From contig NW_021836409.1 in the NCBI RefSeq assembly GCF_006345805.1, positions 1-34,534 of the forward strand: 34,534 bases of DNA, read 5' to 3'. This DNA is from Octopus sinensis. Taxonomy: Eukaryota. The position numbers and the translations under genes were made by a program. Position 1 is the stretch's first letter, and each line of letters begins with the position of its first letter. Below the pieces are notes generated by a model, which did no database searches, had not been told where the DNA came from, and saw nothing but the letters and a program-made list of their open reading frames with translations. Shown piece by piece: positions 12,094 to 22,784 of this stretch.

Positions 12094-12225
12094 AGTAAGA
12101 AGCTTGCTTCCCAACCACATGGTTCCAGGTTCAGTCCCACTGCATAGCACCTTGGGCCAGTGTTTTCTGACCAAAACCTTGTCAGTGGATCTGGTAGACA
12201 GAAACTGGAAGAAGAAGCCTGCTGT
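12094..12225 (+). mobile_element. Family A SINE, 5' half
   Basis: gtaagaagcttgcttcccaaccacatggttccaggttcagtcccactg...gcaccttggg...ggatctggtagacagaaactg matches the intact copy at 33771. Confidence 0.85.
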
Positions 12226-12255
12226 GTATATATATATATATGTGTGTGTGTGTGT

Positions 12256-12557
12256 GGAGGTGCAATGGCCCAGTGGTTAGGGCAGTGCACTCGCGGTCGC
12301 AGGATCATAGTTTCGATTCCTAGACTGGGCGTTGTGAGTGTTTATTGAGCGAAAACGGCTAAAGCTCCACGAGGCTCCAGCAGTGGGTTGTGGCGATCCC
12401 TGCTGTACTCTTTCGCCACATCTTTCTCTCACTCTTTCCTCTATTGGCCTGTTCACTTAGCCAGCCAGGTGGTGTCATTCGAAGGCTAAAACAATGCGAA
12501 GCGTATTGTGACCAGCGATGTGTAGCAGCATCTGATAGCCTGATTGGTCACGGTGAT
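12256..12557 (+). mobile_element. Arg-tRNA-like SINE (resembles octopus OR-type SINEs, from memory)
   Basis: Head ggaggtgcaatggcccagtggttagggcagtgcactcgcggtcgcaggatcatagtttcgattcc has box A (tggcccagtgg), a TCG anticodon-like loop and box B (gtttcgattcc), followed by about 230 bp of non-tRNA body. Confidence 0.8.
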
Positions 12558-12617
12558 ATATATATCCCTCTCTCTCTTTCGGGGAGGCACTGAGCAGCTA
12601 TACGCACACATACACAC

Positions 12618-12765
12618 ACGGCAGTAACTTCCACCTACCGAATTCAATCACAAAGCTCTGGTCAGCTCGGGGCTATAGTGGAAGACACCTACCCAAAGTG
12701 CCATGCAGTGGGACTGAACCCGAAACCATGTAGCAAGGAAGCAAGCTCCCTAACCACACAGCCAT
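12618..12765 (-). mobile_element. Family A SINE, 5' half
   Basis: gggctatagtggaagacacctacccaaagtgccatgcagtgggactgaacccgaaaccatg...aagcaagct...accacacagccat is the reverse complement of the family A head. Confidence 0.85.
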
Positions 12766-12794
12766 ATATATATATATATATATAATATATAATA

Positions 12795-12955
12795 AAAGGG
12801 GGAAATGAAGAAAATGCTGACAAAATAATTTAAGTAAGGGAGAGTGTTGTAATTAGGTGAAAGTTTTTTACCGGGTTGCGCATTTGTTATGCTTATCAAA
12901 AGATATTTTTTTAAGAGAGATAGAGTTCCTTTCTGATAGATTTTTTCTCTTATCT
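12795..12955 (+). repeat. Unclassified interspersed repeat (second copy inverted at 25464-25612)
   Basis: gaaatgaag.aaatgctgacaaaataatt...aattaggtgaaagtt...ccgg.ttgcgcatttgttatgcttatcaaaagat...gagatagagtt.ctttctgatagattttt aligns to the reverse complement of 25464-25612. Confidence 0.85.
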
Positions 12956-12982
12956 GTGTATACATATATAATATATTATATA

Positions 12983-13016
<34 letters not shown>

Positions 13017-13667
13017 CATATAATGTTGAGTTCAATATCATCCTTTACTTTGTGGGGTTCCAAAGTTCAATTTCTAATAAAGATTCTTCATATTGAATTG
13101 GTACCTCACTAGCGTAGGTATTTTTTTAAAATATGAAAATCCTACTAGTATAAGGTGTGTTACAAGCATTTATAGAACACGTATCTTTTAGAAAGTCAAA
13201 CAATTAAAGATAGAGAAGAGAAGGTGTTAAAACTTTTATAAAATTTTAATCCATGAATACAATCATTTCGAACGGTAATATTAACGTGTAAAAAACATGG
13301 AGAAAAATTAGAAATTAATTCAATTCTAATTATAATTAAATTAATTACGTATTACCGTTCTTCTCAGTGCAACAGAAGAATACATCAAAAAGAATACATC
13401 AGTAAAAATATTATATTGTCACTGAAGACTAGATGGAGTGAGTGTTATATAACATATTTGGATATTCGTAATATGATTATGAAAGATGAAAGATAAAAAA
13501 CATGCTTTTGTAGTGTTGAGTCTAGTTGTGTATGAACTAGAATTGATGCGGCTAATGGATATTTTAAAATATAAGTAAAAAATATTTAAGAAGCATTCTC
13601 TCTGTATGAAGATAAGTAATTAAATGATATACTTTCCATATAAAGTGTTTGTCATAAGAAGTAAAAT

Positions 13668-13670
13668 ATG

Positions 13671-13703
<33 letters not shown>

Positions 13704-13708
13704 TACAT

Positions 13709-13741
<33 letters not shown>

Positions 13742-13831
13742 ACATATATACATACACACACACACACATATATATATATATACATATACATACACATATA
13801 TATGCATATATATATATAGTATATATATATA

Positions 13832-13870
<39 letters not shown>

Positions 13871-13945
13871 TATATATATGTATATATATACACATATATA
13901 ACACATATATATATGCATATATATTTATATATATATATATGAATA
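13668..13945. repeat. (TA)n/(CA)n compound microsatellite
   Basis: Direct reading. Confidence 0.97.
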
Positions 13946-14063
13946 AATAAGTGTCTAATGAGACAGCATAGCTATATTTAAATTTATATATGATTTGACA
14001 GTTATGAGTGGTATACAACGAAAATAAGGAAAATAAATAAATAAATAAATATATATATATATA

Positions 14064-14256
14064 CATCATCATCATCATCATCATCGTTTAACGTCCGTTC
14101 TCCATGCTAGCATGGGTTGGACGGTTCGACCGGGGATCTGGGAAGCCAGAAGGCTGCACCAGGCTCCGGTCTTATCTGGCAATGTTTCTACAGCTGGATG
14201 CCCTTCCTAACGCCAACCACTCTGTTAGTGTAGTGGGTGCTTCTTACGTGCCACCT

Positions 14257-14260
<4 letters not shown>
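14064..14260 (-). mobile_element. Family B element, 5'-truncated, lying in (TA)n
   Basis: (cat)n cgtttaacgtccgttctccatgctagcatgggttggacgg...ggatgcccttcctaacgccaacc...tacgtgccacc, with (TA)n on both sides. Confidence 0.9.
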
Positions 14261-14296
<36 letters not shown>

Positions 14297-14301
14297 GTAG
14301 G

Positions 14302-14342
<41 letters not shown>

Positions 14343-14666
14343 TTGTTGTCCGTGGTATGCCCTGTAAACTGTGATGTTTAAGATGTATGCAGAGTGGTCA
14401 AAACTGTATACCAAAAATTCAGCTTGTTGGAGCATTCTAAGAGGTACTACAGATGCCAAGAACTCAACTGTCAATTAAATACATTTTGAAATCTTATAAT
14501 TACTATGAGTATATGAGAGTGTGAATTGGAATTGAATTTAATGAACATTACGAAATATTCTTCAAATATTAAAATACCATAATAAAATATGAGAAAACCA
14601 GACTATGTTTCAAACTTATTCAATTCTATACACATTCACACAAATCTGGAAAAATATGCGTATAAA

Positions 14667-15058
14667 GGCACAGGAGTGGCTGTGTGGTAAGCAGCTTGCC
14701 TCCAAACCACATGGTTCCGGGTTCAGTCTCATTGCATGGCACCTTGGGCAAATGTCTTCTACTGTAGCTACGGGCTGACCAAAGTCTTGTGAATGGATTT
14801 GGTAGATGGAAACTGAAAGAAGTCTGTCATATATATATATATGTATATGTGTGTGTGTTTGTGCATGTGTGTTTGTCCCTAACATCACTTGACAACTGAT
14901 ACTGGTGTGTTTACATCCCCTTAACATAGCAGTTCAGCAAAAGAGACTGGTAGAATAATTACCAGGCTTATAAAGAATAAGTCCTGGAATCGATTTGCTT
15001 GACTAAAGGCAGTGCTCCAGCATGGCCGCAGTCAAATGACTGAAACAAGTAAAAGAGT
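14667..15058 (+). mobile_element. Family A SINE, full length
   Basis: tRNA-like head (tggctgtgtgg, ggttcagtc), gcaccttgggcaa motif, central (TA/TG)n and tail ...gtcaaatgactgaaacaagtaaaagag. Confidence 0.92.
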
Positions 15059-15080
15059 ATCTGTATGTATGTATGTATGT

Positions 15081-15275
15081 ATTTGTGTCAGCCTTTGCGT
15101 TTGACCCCATCACTGCTTTACAACCAAATTTCAGTTTGTTTACATTCCTGTAACTTAGCAGTTTGGCAAAAGAGACTAATAAAATAAATACCAATCTAAA
15201 ACTAAGTACTGAGGTTGAATTGTTTCTCTAAATTCTAGCATGGCCACAGTCCAGTGATTGAAGCAAGTGAAAGAT
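15081..15275 (+). mobile_element. Family A SINE, 3' half (older)
   Basis: gtaacttagcagtttggcaaaagagacta...agcatggccacagtc...gaagcaagtgaaaga. Confidence 0.75.
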
Positions 15276-15285
15276 ACACACTCAT

Positions 15286-15331
<46 letters not shown>

Positions 15332-15339
15332 GTACATAT

Positions 15340-15625
15340 TCTTTTACTCTTTTACTTGTTTCGGTCATTTGACTGCAGCCATGCTGGAGCATCGCCTTAA
15401 AGGGTTTCAGTCGAAGACCCCAGGACTTATTCTTTGTAAGCCTAGTACTTATTTTATCTCTTTCCTTTGCCGAACTGCTATGTTTCAGGGACATAGACAC
15501 ACCAACATTGCTTGTCAAGCCATGGTGGGGTGGGTGGGGGGACAAACAGAGAGATACACACATAAACACACACACACACACACGATGGGCTTCTTTCAGT
15601 TTCCATCTATCAAATCCGCTCACAA
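15340..15625 (-). mobile_element. Family A SINE lacking most of the head
   Basis: cttttactcttttacttgtttcggtcatttgactgcagccatgctggagca...gggcttctttcagtttccatctatcaaatcc. Confidence 0.88.
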
Positions 15626-15663
15626 GAGAGCCACGAGAGCCATTGTCTGGTACTGCATCAGGG

Positions 15664-15745
<82 letters not shown>

Positions 15746-15757
15746 TATTATTTCTGT

Positions 15758-16080
15758 GGTGAGCTGGCAGAAATTGTTAGTACCTCAGACAAAATGCTTA
15801 GCAGCATTTTAATTTTTATGATCTGTGTTCAAATTCCACCAAGGTTGAGAAACCCAAAACTTAAACTGGTGAGGTGCCAGAATCATTAGCCCACTGGGCA
15901 AAATGTTTAGAGCTGTTTCATCGTCCATGTCCTGAGCCCAAATTCCACCAAGGTCAACTTTACCTTTCATCATTTTGGGGTCAATAATATAATTAGCAGT
16001 TGAGCACTGTGGCCAGTGTAATTAAAACTGACTTCTCTCCCTGAATTTACTGGCCTTGTGCCAACATCAGAAACCAATTA
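15758..16080 (+). mobile_element. Two tandem family C SINEs (15758-15850 truncated; 15868-16080) directly after (ATT)n
   Basis: Two heads (ggtgagctggcagaa; ggtgaggtgccagaatcattagc); core aaattccaccaaggtcaactttacctttcatcattttggggtcaataa; (ATT)n at 15666-15751. Confidence 0.8.
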
Positions 16081-16649
16081 CTGCCAACATTAAAAGGGAA
16101 GAATTTTGGTGCAAAACTCACAACCGGACGACCAGGTGTCTATTAGCAGGTAATGATGAACTACTCAGAGGATGTAGGAGGCTTTACAGTTTCACCTATG
16201 CCTAAGATTTTCGCAGGTAACTTTTTAGAACCTAATTTAGAAAGGTGTTCAGAGCAGAGATTGTCATTGTCACAGGGTACTCTAATTTAAATTTTAGTGG
16301 CCGTCTTTTTTTTTTACTTTTGTGTGGGTGGGTTGTCTATATTTGTTTTGCTGTACTAAATTATTAAACTGTCTTAATATCAATTAAGCAAATTATTTTC
16401 CTCATTTTTCTCCAGATTTATAGCTTTATTGTTATCATTAATAAATCATCATTATTATTGTTATTATATGTTTTGAATTTAATGTTTTAATTGATGTTTT
16501 TAATGTGTTGCTAGGCACACTTGTGTAAATGGAAGGTGTGTAGATGTTAACATCTAAATTGCTCAGCTGTGGGCTCTTTTGTCTTTTTGTCTGTGTTGTT
16601 TAGCGTTTCTCATGTTTATGTTGAAAGCTTTTACGATATTAGTGGTGAC

Positions 16650-17040
16650 TGTATGGAATATGTGATGTGTAATTTGTGTTACTGAAATGTAGAATGTATG
16701 TTATGTGATTCGTGTTATTGAACTGTAATGTAGACTATGTCATGTGTTAGGCACTAAAATGTGGAATGTATGATATGTAATTTGTGTTATTGAACTGTAA
16801 TGTAGAATATGTGTTGTGTGAGGTACTAAAATGTGGAATGTATGATGTGTAATATGTGCTACTGAAATTTAGAATGCATTTTATGTGACTTCTGTTGTGT
16901 GAGTTGCTAAAAATGTGGGATATGTGATGTGTTAGGTGAGCTAAAATATAAAATGTGTGCTGTGTCATGTTACTAAAATTACAATATGGATGTGATACCA
17001 TTTGTGTCACTGAATTAAAAAGTGACTTACATAGAATGTG
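16650..17040. repeat. Degenerate minisatellite, unit about 35 bp (aaaatgt.gaat.t.tgatgtg...)
   Basis: aaatgtggaatgtatgat.tgtaat and gtgttattgaactgtaatgtaga recur. Confidence 0.75.
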
Positions 17041-17089
17041 CACAGTACTGAGGAGGCTCATTTTGAGTGATTTTGCATAAAATTGTGAT

Positions 17090-17275
17090 GATGATGTTGT
17101 TGTTTAGGCCCGGGTCAGCTCTGTGGTTAAATCCCTCTACTGTTGACCATTCCCATCTTATTTTCAGACAAAATATTCTGGCCCACATTATCCAATGTGT
17201 TCTTTTTCTAAGTTGAAGTGAAACTTGAGAGGGATTTCATTGTTGTTTCTAGCATTTTGAGAGACTTCAAAGAGG
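17090..17275 (-). mobile_element. Family D interspersed repeat
   Basis: gttgttgtttaggcccgggtcagc...cacattatccaatgtg...gagggatttcattgttgtttctagc...gagacttc. Confidence 0.65.
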
Positions 17276-17279
17276 CTGT

Positions 17280-18630
17280 CAGCTTTCTCCTAAAAGTGTT
17301 AGTCTTGGTATGGTGTTCATATTCTGGTGCCAATTATTTTTGGAGAATACTTTTTGTTTATTCCCTTATTCCCTTTTTGATATTTTTGTACTTTTGTCTT
17401 TTGATTTCCTTGGTTTTAATTTGGAACAAAAAAAGTTTAATATATTTCTTCAAATGCATATTTTCATTTCTGTCTTTCGGTACACTATCTGATGGGGTGC
17501 GTTTGGGGGAGTGGGGGGGTCACACTGACCTCTCCCATCAATCTGGATAGACAAGTACCACATTCCAGCCATTGCTATGCTCACTGGAGAGGTTGGGTAC
17601 CCAAACCAGTATTTTCCGATTTTCTTGTATCTACACATCATCCCAATGGACATGGCTGTCCACTTTATCATAATTCCAACTTCATTCCATCTTTGTATGA
17701 CTGAACAACTAAAAAAAAAACTAACCAAAAAACCAAGCAGAACGAGGCGGTTGATTACTTCTTTGTCTGGTTGCATTCATTTAAGACAGCCTCTTCTTTA
17801 ATTGCTTTTTTATTTTTGGTAGATTTCTGCGGCTTGGCATTGATCTTGTGAACCTTCCGTTTCTGTTTTATTCCAGAACTTTCCAAGCCATTGTTGGCTT
17901 TTATATTGGTCGACTTCCTCTTTGTCCAGTCTTGCAGGATATACACTACACAGACTTTATATCTCTTCACGTATTCTTCACTATCTTTCAACTTCTCATT
18001 TGATTCCGTTACTGTTATTATTAATTTTATTTTTTCATTTTTATTTTTTAATCCTCTCGTTTTGTTCTTATCTAAATCTTCGTCTTCGTTATAAATCTTA
18101 GCTTTTAGTTTATTGTTTCTTCAAAAAAAAAAAGAAAAGAGAGAAAAAGTTGTTTTTTTTTTATGCTTCCTCCTGTCAACTTTTTACCTTTAATTAGTTT
18201 ATTTCTGTTCGTTTCAATTCACTTAACTTTCAATTTATTATATTAAACTTGTGGCTTATGACACTACCAGCAAGTGTGTATATATATATATATACACTGA
18301 AGCTCATATTACCGGCACTGAATTCTCTTTTTAATATCGTTCTGATGTTTCACTCACAAATGTTTTCGGCTAATTTTAATCCCTTCTTCATCACTGCTCT
18401 CTCAATGTCATCTGCACTTTTATCAATTGTTCAATCTCTAATTGTCTCATTTCAGTATCTAAATCTTTCTTTGGATATTCAATAGTAATTAATTTACCTT
18501 GACTTCTAATTAATTTATTGTTTCACAGTTAACAGGACATCATCCAGAGCCATAAAGTCTTTGCTAGTCTCGTTAATTCATTAAACCTTCATTGATTTCT
18601 ATGATTCACCTTAACCGCTCAGCACTTACA
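17280..18630 (-). mobile_element. Degenerate non-LTR retrotransposon, Dong/R4-like (RT thumb to restriction-like endonuclease region)
   Basis: Frameshifted minus-strand peptides fall in the order I recall for Dong/R4 ORFs: RTILKREFSAGNM (R.ILK.ELNA.NK), TLAGSVISHKFNIIN*KLSELKR (LAVPV..YSFNII.W..SE.KR), EEVDQYKSQQWL...ETEG.QDQC (VD...S..WL...ETEG..AAQDQ), YDKVDSHVHW (HDKV...HW) and MWYLSIQID (ILWD..IQTD). Confidence 0.75.
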
Positions 18631-18782
18631 TTGGGGCATTGCTAAAATCAGCTGTTGAGGTTAGTTTACAGAGATGGCCAGAGACCTGGTGATAGTGCAA
18701 CCTTCTTGTTCTAATGTGGCACAGTGACACATTGGTCTCACCTTGTATATTTTGGCATCAACATTGAATCCCTGTGTGGAAT

Positions 18783-19330
18783 TTAATCATTTAGCATTCA
18801 GATTATTCTGTCAAATGTAATGCTTATTTCCTCACATGCTCCGTGCCGGTGGCACGTAAAAAGCACCATCTGATCATGGCCGTTTGCCAGCCTCGTCTGG
18901 CACCTGTGCCGGTGGCACGTAAGAAGCACCATCTGATTGTGGCCGTTGCCAGCCTCGCCTGGTCCCCGTGCCGGTGGCACGTAAAAAGCACCATCCGATC
19001 GTGGCCGTTTGCCAGCCTCGTCTGGCACCTGTGCCGGTGGCGCGTAAAAAGCACCCACTACACTCATGGAGTGGTTGGCATTAGGAAGGGCATCCAGCCG
19101 TAGAAACACTGCCAGATCAGACTGGGCCTGGTGCAGCCTTCTGGCTTCCCAGACCCCAGTTTAACCGTCCAACCCATGCCAGCATGGAAAGCGGATGCTA
19201 AACGATGATGATGATGATGATGATTGTTTTCGATAATCATGGATTATCTCGTTGCTTTGAGATTTTAATGATGTGATTGAACATCAAATATTTAAACCAC
19301 ATATGGTCAGTATAAATGCTAAACGATTAA
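18783..19330. mobile_element. TTAA-ended MITE (piggyBac-like ends) carrying a nested family B element
   Basis: Left end ttaatcatttagcatt (18783-18798) versus reverse complement of the right end ttaatcgtttagcatt (19315-19330): 15/16 identical, both beginning with TTAA. Confidence 0.75.
18839..19224 (+). mobile_element. Family B element with 3.5 internal 62/63-bp tandem units
   Basis: Units start at 18843, 18906, 18968 and 19031 with gtgccggtggc(a/g)cgtaa; the RTE-type tail ends gcggatgctaaac(gat)n. Confidence 0.92.
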
Positions 19331-19379
19331 CAGGTTCTTATGGCAGGTGTTGTCCCTGAAAGAGCAACAAATTGACAAA

Positions 19380-19505
19380 GTCATTAGAGTGTTGGGTTGG
19401 GTAAAATGCTTCATGGGTTTTGTTCTGACTCCTTGTATTCTGAGATCAAACCCTGGCGAGGTTAAATTTGTCTTTTATTTTTCTGGGGCTGATAAAAAGG
19501 TGCCA
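19380..19505 (+). mobile_element. Family C SINE fragment
   Basis: gtaaaatgctt...attctgagatcaaaccctggcgaggttaaatttgtctttt...ggggctgataaa. Confidence 0.55.
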
Positions 19506-19770
19506 ATCCAGGCCATTGGATTAGCAGAAATGGTAGAATGTCAGACAAATATGGCTTGCAGTACTTGTTATGGACCTTTGCATTCTGATGTCCCTATACT
19601 GTAATCCCCACTGACTTGGTTGTCTCAGAAAACTGGTTGGGTCTAAAGCACAACTGTCAATAACATTGAGGGCAGCTGACACTGAGGTGCTATGGCTACA
19701 GGTGGCATCCAAAAGCATATTCTGAAGATTCACAGAAGCATTGGTCCCAATCACAGAACATTTTTGCTTG

Positions 19771-20163
19771 TTTTACCGTTTTACTTGCTACGGTCATTGG
19801 ACTGTGGCCATGCTGAGGCATTGACTTGAAGAGTTCAGTCAAGTATCTTGACCGCAGTACTTAATTTTTTATCAAGTGTGGTCCTATTCTATCAGTCTCT
19901 TTTGCTGAACTGCTAAGTTATGGGGATGTAAACAAACCAACACTGGTTGCCAAGCAGTGATGGGGGGGCAAAGACACACACACACAAATATATATGACGG
20001 GCTTCTTTCAGTTTCTGTTTATCAATTCCACTCCCAGGGCTCGCTCTGATTGGCCTGAGGCAGTAATAGAAGACACTTGCCCAAGGTGCCATTCAGTGGG
20101 ACTGAACCTGGAACCATGCAGTTCGGAAACAAACTGCTCACCACCCAACCTCACCTGCTCCTA
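19771..20163 (-). mobile_element. Family A SINE, full length, diverged
   Basis: Runs from the tail ttttacttgctacggtcattggactgtggccatgctg through gaagacacttgcccaaggtgcc to the head ...cctgctcctatg. Confidence 0.88.
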
Positions 20164-21201
20164 TGTTTAAGCCCCTAAATGAACCCCCAGTTCAGAGACT
20201 GTTGTTATTTGACTGGGTACCAGTCATACATGTGGGTATGGTATTCAGATTTACACCACTCTGAGGGGGGGAGGCGCTCTAAGACAAAACTGAAACCTTA
20301 CTATTTGATGGTGGTGGTCGTTGTTGTCATGGTAGTTGTAATAGCAGCAGTAGCAGTGGTGGTGATAGCAGCAGCAGTAGTAGTGGTAGTAGTGGTGGTG
20401 GTGGTGGTAGTATCAATAACAGCAGCAATGTTTCCCTAACTCCTCTTATTACCAAAATCTCTCTTTTTTTTTCCACCTTTTTTTTTTTTATATATCCAAT
20501 TCCAACCTCCCAGAGAACCAATATCCTTTCTCCTTTCTTCCAACAATGGTTCTGTTCCTACCTTGTTTTTTTTTTTTTCCAGATGAGCAAACAGGGTTTA
20601 TAAACTTTCGGTAAACATGTTTCTGTTACATAAGTTCTTTATGAGGAAGTCTGTGACCTTTTTTTTTTTTTTTGCTTTTAGGAAGGGCTACGATATTACC
20701 ATCTTTATTCAACTGCAGATATTGATTAGTTTTCATCTCGTTAGCTGCTGATTACAGTTCATTAAACCTTAGTGCCATGACTACATATATATTAGTTAAG
20801 TACTGCAACCATAACTTGGAAACTTTATTAATTTCCAGGAGCCTTCCAGATTCTAACAGTTTTAATTACTTTGGTAAATTTCCTGCTAGTTAAGTTTGGG
20901 CCGTATTTATGGCATTGCTGTGTTTTATTATTATTTTTTTTTTTTATGTTGTTGTTGTTTCTTCACTTCAAATTCATTGTGTTATCTTTATTGTCTTCGA
21001 TATTTTGGTTCCATATAATCTGCCACCATAATTGGATTTCTATTGTTGCTGCTGTACATTCCATTCTACTGTTTCTTTTAATTTAGATTCTTGCAACGGA
21101 ATCTTTCAGTGTTTATTTCAAATACATATTTCTCATGGAAAAAACCACTTAAATAATGTTTTATAATGCATCGAAGCTCCTGTCAGGATCAATGGCCTTT
21201 A

Positions 21202-21243
21202 GCTGCTGCTGCTGCTGCTACTACTACTACTACTACTCTACTA

Positions 21244-21293
<50 letters not shown>

Positions 21294-21510
21294 ACTACTA
21301 CTACCACCACCACCACCACTATCACCACTATCACCCCCACCACCACTATCACCACCACCTCCACCACCACCACCACCACTATCACCACTATCACCCCCAC
21401 CACCACTATCACCACCACCTCCACCACCACCACCACCACTATCACCACTATCACCCCCACCACCACTATCACCACCACCACCACCACCACCACCACCACC
21501 ACAGCAACAA
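21202..21510. repeat. (GCT)/(CTA)/(CCA) compound array with a 60-bp unit x3
   Basis: The 60-mers at 21301, 21361 and 21421 are nearly identical. Confidence 0.95.
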
Positions 21511-21599
21511 CACCTGGGTCCATTCTGCTTTACTTTCTTCTAATGGCTGCAGGGTGATGTTTTTCGTGGTCACTTGTCCTTCATACTGTTGCTGCCACA

Positions 21600-21725
21600 A
21601 CCTTCCTCAGCAGGTTCTTTGTTGAGACAGTGAAACTACTAGAAATAGCTGCCAAATCTCAACTCAAGTGCCCTTTCTAAATTCATTATGCTTGAAGAAC
21701 TGATGGAATGGTCATGGTTGGAAAT
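21600..21725 (+). mobile_element. Family D fragment
   Basis: ctagaaatagctgccaaatctc...atggtcatggttggaa is the reverse complement of the family D core. Confidence 0.55.
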
Positions 21726-21800
21726 ATACTCAGCTGTAAATGAGTAACACTGCAATGGATTGGCATCCAGTTCAGGGTAAAAGATATCATTCCAGGCACT

Positions 21801-22022
21801 TATGATGGGGTACTGAAAAGTCCCTGGCTTTAAGGGTATCGCAAAAGGCCTGGATGAAGGCCCAACCTTCTGAGTTCTTTTGCGGGGCTTAGAAAAACTG
21901 AAGGACCACTGCAATAAATGTGTGAATCTGAGTGAGGAATTTGTTGAATAAAATCATAATTTACTGATTCTCCTCTGTTTTCTTTTACCCAAAGCCAAGA
22001 AGCTTCCCGTACTCACCTCATA
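21801..22022 (+). mobile_element. Mariner-derived MITE / internally deleted mariner
   Basis: TA-flanked imperfect TIRs (tatgatggggtactgaaaagtccctggcttt versus reverse complement tatgaggtgagtacgggaagcttcttggcttt). 21886-21951 encodes GLEKLKDHCNKCVNLSEEFVE*, matching the mariner transposase C-terminus (G..KL..RW.KC....G.YVE*). Confidence 0.85.
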
Positions 22023-22104
22023 TATACTATAGAAGCCAGCTAGCTGAACTTATGGGTCTTACGAGTTGAGTAATGTCCATTGAGGACGACACGTTATATG
22101 ATAG

Positions 22105-22700
22105 TTATATACAGATTGTATAGCAGTTATGTAATGTAGACAGATTTATAGCAGTTATGTAATGTAAGAAGATCATAGTGAGTTATGTAATGTAGGCAGA
22201 TTATATATGAGTTATGTAATGTATGCAGATTGTATAGAGTAGTTATGTAATGTATGCAGCTCAAATAGCAATTATGTAATGTAGGCAGATCATACATGAA
22301 TTATGTAATGTAGGAAGAGTGTATAGCAGTTATGTAATGTAGGCAGATCATATATGAGTTATGTAAGCAGATTTAGAGTAGTTATGTAATGTAGGCAGAT
22401 CATATATGAGTGATGTAATGTAGGCATCTCGTATAGGGGTTATGTAATGTAGGCAGATCATATAGGAATTATGTAATGTAAGCATATTGTATAGCAGTTA
22501 TGTAATGTAGGCAGATCATATAGGAATTATGTAATGTAAGCAGATTGTATAGCAGTTATGTAATGTAGGCAGCTCATATATGAGTTATGTAATGTAGGTA
22601 GATTGTATAGCAGTTATGTAATGTAGCAGATCATATAGGAGTTATGTAATGTAGGCAGATTGTATGATGGTTTTGTTGATATAGGCACATTGTTTAGAAG
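22105..22700. repeat. 29-bp minisatellite, about 20 units, alternating A/B variants
   Basis: (g/a)ttatgtaatgtaggcagatcatat(at/ag)ga alternates with (g/a)ttatgtaatgta(a/g)gcagattgtatagca. Confidence 0.95.
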
Positions 22701-22784
22701 TTGTGCTATATAGGCAAACTGTATAGGTGTTATGTAATATAGGCAACTGTATGGAAGTTATGTAGAACAGGTTTACTGTGTTGA

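Noticed and set aside
12256-12330. tRNA-Arg gene
   Set aside because: No proper acceptor stem or terminator; it continues into a SINE body.
13421-13470. CTGAAGA as a Penelope-type hammerhead
   Set aside because: No downstream stem II plus GAAA.
16149-16216. AG...GT-bounded segment encoding VMMNYSEDVGGFTVSPMPKIFA
   Set aside because: The acceptor lacks a pyrimidine tract and the peptide is unrecognised.
22105-22700. CRISPR array
   Set aside because: The variable part is only about 11 nt and alternates between two related sequences; it is a minisatellite.
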